Position numbers and translations under genes: made by a program. Below are positions 61,978 through 64,000 of a stretch of DNA of 64,000 nucleotides, piece after piece (the first letter of the stretch is position 1; each line of letters starts with the position of its first letter). The DNA comes from Octopus sinensis (lineage: Eukaryota): positions 70,804,001-70,868,000 of the forward strand of contig NC_043003.1 in the NCBI RefSeq assembly GCF_006345805.1. The letters run 5' to 3'. The notes below the pieces were generated by a model, which worked only from the letters and a program-made list of their open reading frames with translations, did not search any database and had not been told where the DNA came from.

Positions 61978-63374
61978 TCTCTCTCTCTATATATATATAT
62001 ATGCTACATATGTGAAAAATCGATGTGTGTTTGTTTGTGGCGTTGTTAGCTAACTCCTCCAACATCGATTTATTGATTTTGATGAAACTTGACACACTAG
62101 TAGAACTCATGTCTTGGAAACCTCGTGACATACTTAGATTGTTGAAAAAATCGATAATACGGCCCCTGGAAGGGACTTTTATATCTACCTTATATAACTA
62201 ATTTTTTTAAACACCCAAGGGAAATAACCCATAGCATCTGCACAAATTTTTTACACACTCAAGGGAAATAACATGTCATTGTTTATGTGCGATTACTTTG
62301 AATATTGATTTTTTTGTGTGTCCAATTTTTAATTTTTGCGATCAATATATCTTTATTTGACACGTGAGTAGAACCCATGTCTGGAAACCTCGTGACATAC
62401 TTAGTTTGTTGAAAAAAATCGATAATAGGGCCCCTCCAGTGGATCCTTCTATCTACTACATATTACTAATATTTATTTAAACAACTCAAAGGAAATAACC
62501 CATACCACCAGCAGTTTTTAGCGAAGCAATCAATATTTCATTCTCACGATCAGCCAACCTAATTCTGCATTTCACTACTCACAGTTTTGAACTGCTAAAC
62601 ATTATGATTGCACTTCCTTAATTTGAATCATAAATTTTAAATACGCCATTCATACATTTCTATACATACATACTTTTTATATGCCAATTACTCCGATAAT
62701 TCTGTATTTTTACAATTACACTGTTTCCATGACAGTAGATAAATCTTTTATTCCACAATGTATTTGTAGTGGCTTTATGCAGGCATAGCGCGCATTCGAT
62801 CCCTGATTGCCAACTTTCACTTAACACTTTAACGGTGCTTTTCTCACGGTAAGACAATAGTTTTTCCGTTGAATGACAGCAGTTATACATTTCCCAGATG
62901 CCTTCGTTAAGCAGAATAATATCTTTGCCACTTCTAATCTCTTCTATGCCACCACTGGCTAGAATGGAGATAACAGACCTCTAACGAAATCATTTGTTCT
63001 CAACAATATGTCTATCCTTCTGGCTGCTTTTCGATAGTTATAAAAACAAGAACTCCGTAAGCTAAAGGCAGTTACTGAGAGCGTCCATCAGTGAGTATGA
63101 ACGTTATTATTGCTCTTCCTTCAAACACTTCATTCATATATTTATATAACCTCTCTCACCAACCTCCGACAATCTTTCTCGCCAACCTCCGAAAACCTCT
63201 CTCGCCAACCTCCAACAATCTCTACCTCCTCCAGCTGACAGTTTTTTATACTTTTTCGTGGCGGAAAATACACCTTTTGTGGCAGCTATAACAAAATTGC
63301 TTTCTTATATCAGAGTAATAATGTGTTTCAATAGAACACCTTTACCCCTGGTTATTACCGGGTTCACCAGCTAG
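61978..63374 (+). mobile_element. Non-autonomous Helitron (~1.4 kb)
   Basis: 5' TC..TATATATA..gtgtgtttgtttgt..gattttgatgaaacttgacaca; 3' hairpin cctggt-tatt-accggg (63347-62) then CTAG followed by T; internal ~145-bp direct repeat (62089-62233, 62357-62504). The 5' boundary is approximate. Confidence 0.65.
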
Positions 63375-63390
63375 TATATATATATATATA

Positions 63391-63734
63391 AAGGGTAAAG
63401 ACCCCCATCGGTCATGAATGACCATGGGATTGCACCTAGAAAGTTACCCTCCTAGACACAAGTCCGGGCAAGGTTGTTTATGGAAGACCAGCAGTCGCCC
63501 ATGCATACCGGCCTCCCCTCTCCACGCCACCAGTGTTATCCAAGGGCAAGACAAAGGTCGATACAGCTTGGAACCAGTGACGTCGCAACTCATTTCTACA
63601 GCTGAGTGAACTGGAGCAACGTGAAATAAAGTGTTTTTGCTCAAGAACACAACACGCAGCCCGGTCCGGGATTCGAGCTCACAACCTCACGATCGTAAGC
63701 TCGACGCTCTAACCACTGAGCCATGCGCCTTCAC
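63391..63734 (-). mobile_element. SINE D, full length
   Basis: Near-identical to 11841-12162. Confidence 0.9.
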
Positions 63735-63774
63735 TTGATGGAGAAGGGATCGGGCCGTCGCCGAGCGGTGGTTC

Positions 63775-63829
<55 letters not shown>

Positions 63830-63847
63830 TATTATATATATATATAT

Positions 63848-63880
<33 letters not shown>

Positions 63881-63921
63881 CATACATACATACATACATA
63901 CGTACACACACAAACATATAC

Positions 63922-64000
<79 letters not shown>

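Overview
AT-rich, microsatellite-saturated animal DNA with no host protein-coding exon, rRNA, true tRNA or CRISPR array that I can support. The repeat content looks like a coleoid cephalopod, probably Octopus; this is an inference from SINE types and microsatellite density, not a search result. Nearly all long ORFs are microsatellite translations or retroelement remnants. The window holds four tRNA-derived SINE families (my provisional labels A-D), R4/Dong-like RLE LINEs, L1/Tx1-like, CR1-like and RTE LINEs, a Penelope-like (Naiad-type) element, two mariner remnants, MITEs, a Ty3/Gypsy 3' remnant and a non-autonomous Helitron. Three patterns stand out. (1) LINE families appear to partition microsatellite targets: R4/Dong-like in (TAA)n, a second RLE family in (CATA)n, and a Tx1-like family in (TATC)n. 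(2) Two SINE-LINE 3'-tail pairs are visible, including a SINE that shares its tail with the Tx1-like LINE. (3) There are many minimal type-I hammerhead-ribozyme-like motifs, some canonical and some with a recurrent CUGUNGA core variant, usually in inverted repeats, plus a PLE whose GIY-YIG nuclease has a ~135-codon insert. Coordinates were read by eye and element ends may be off by several bases.
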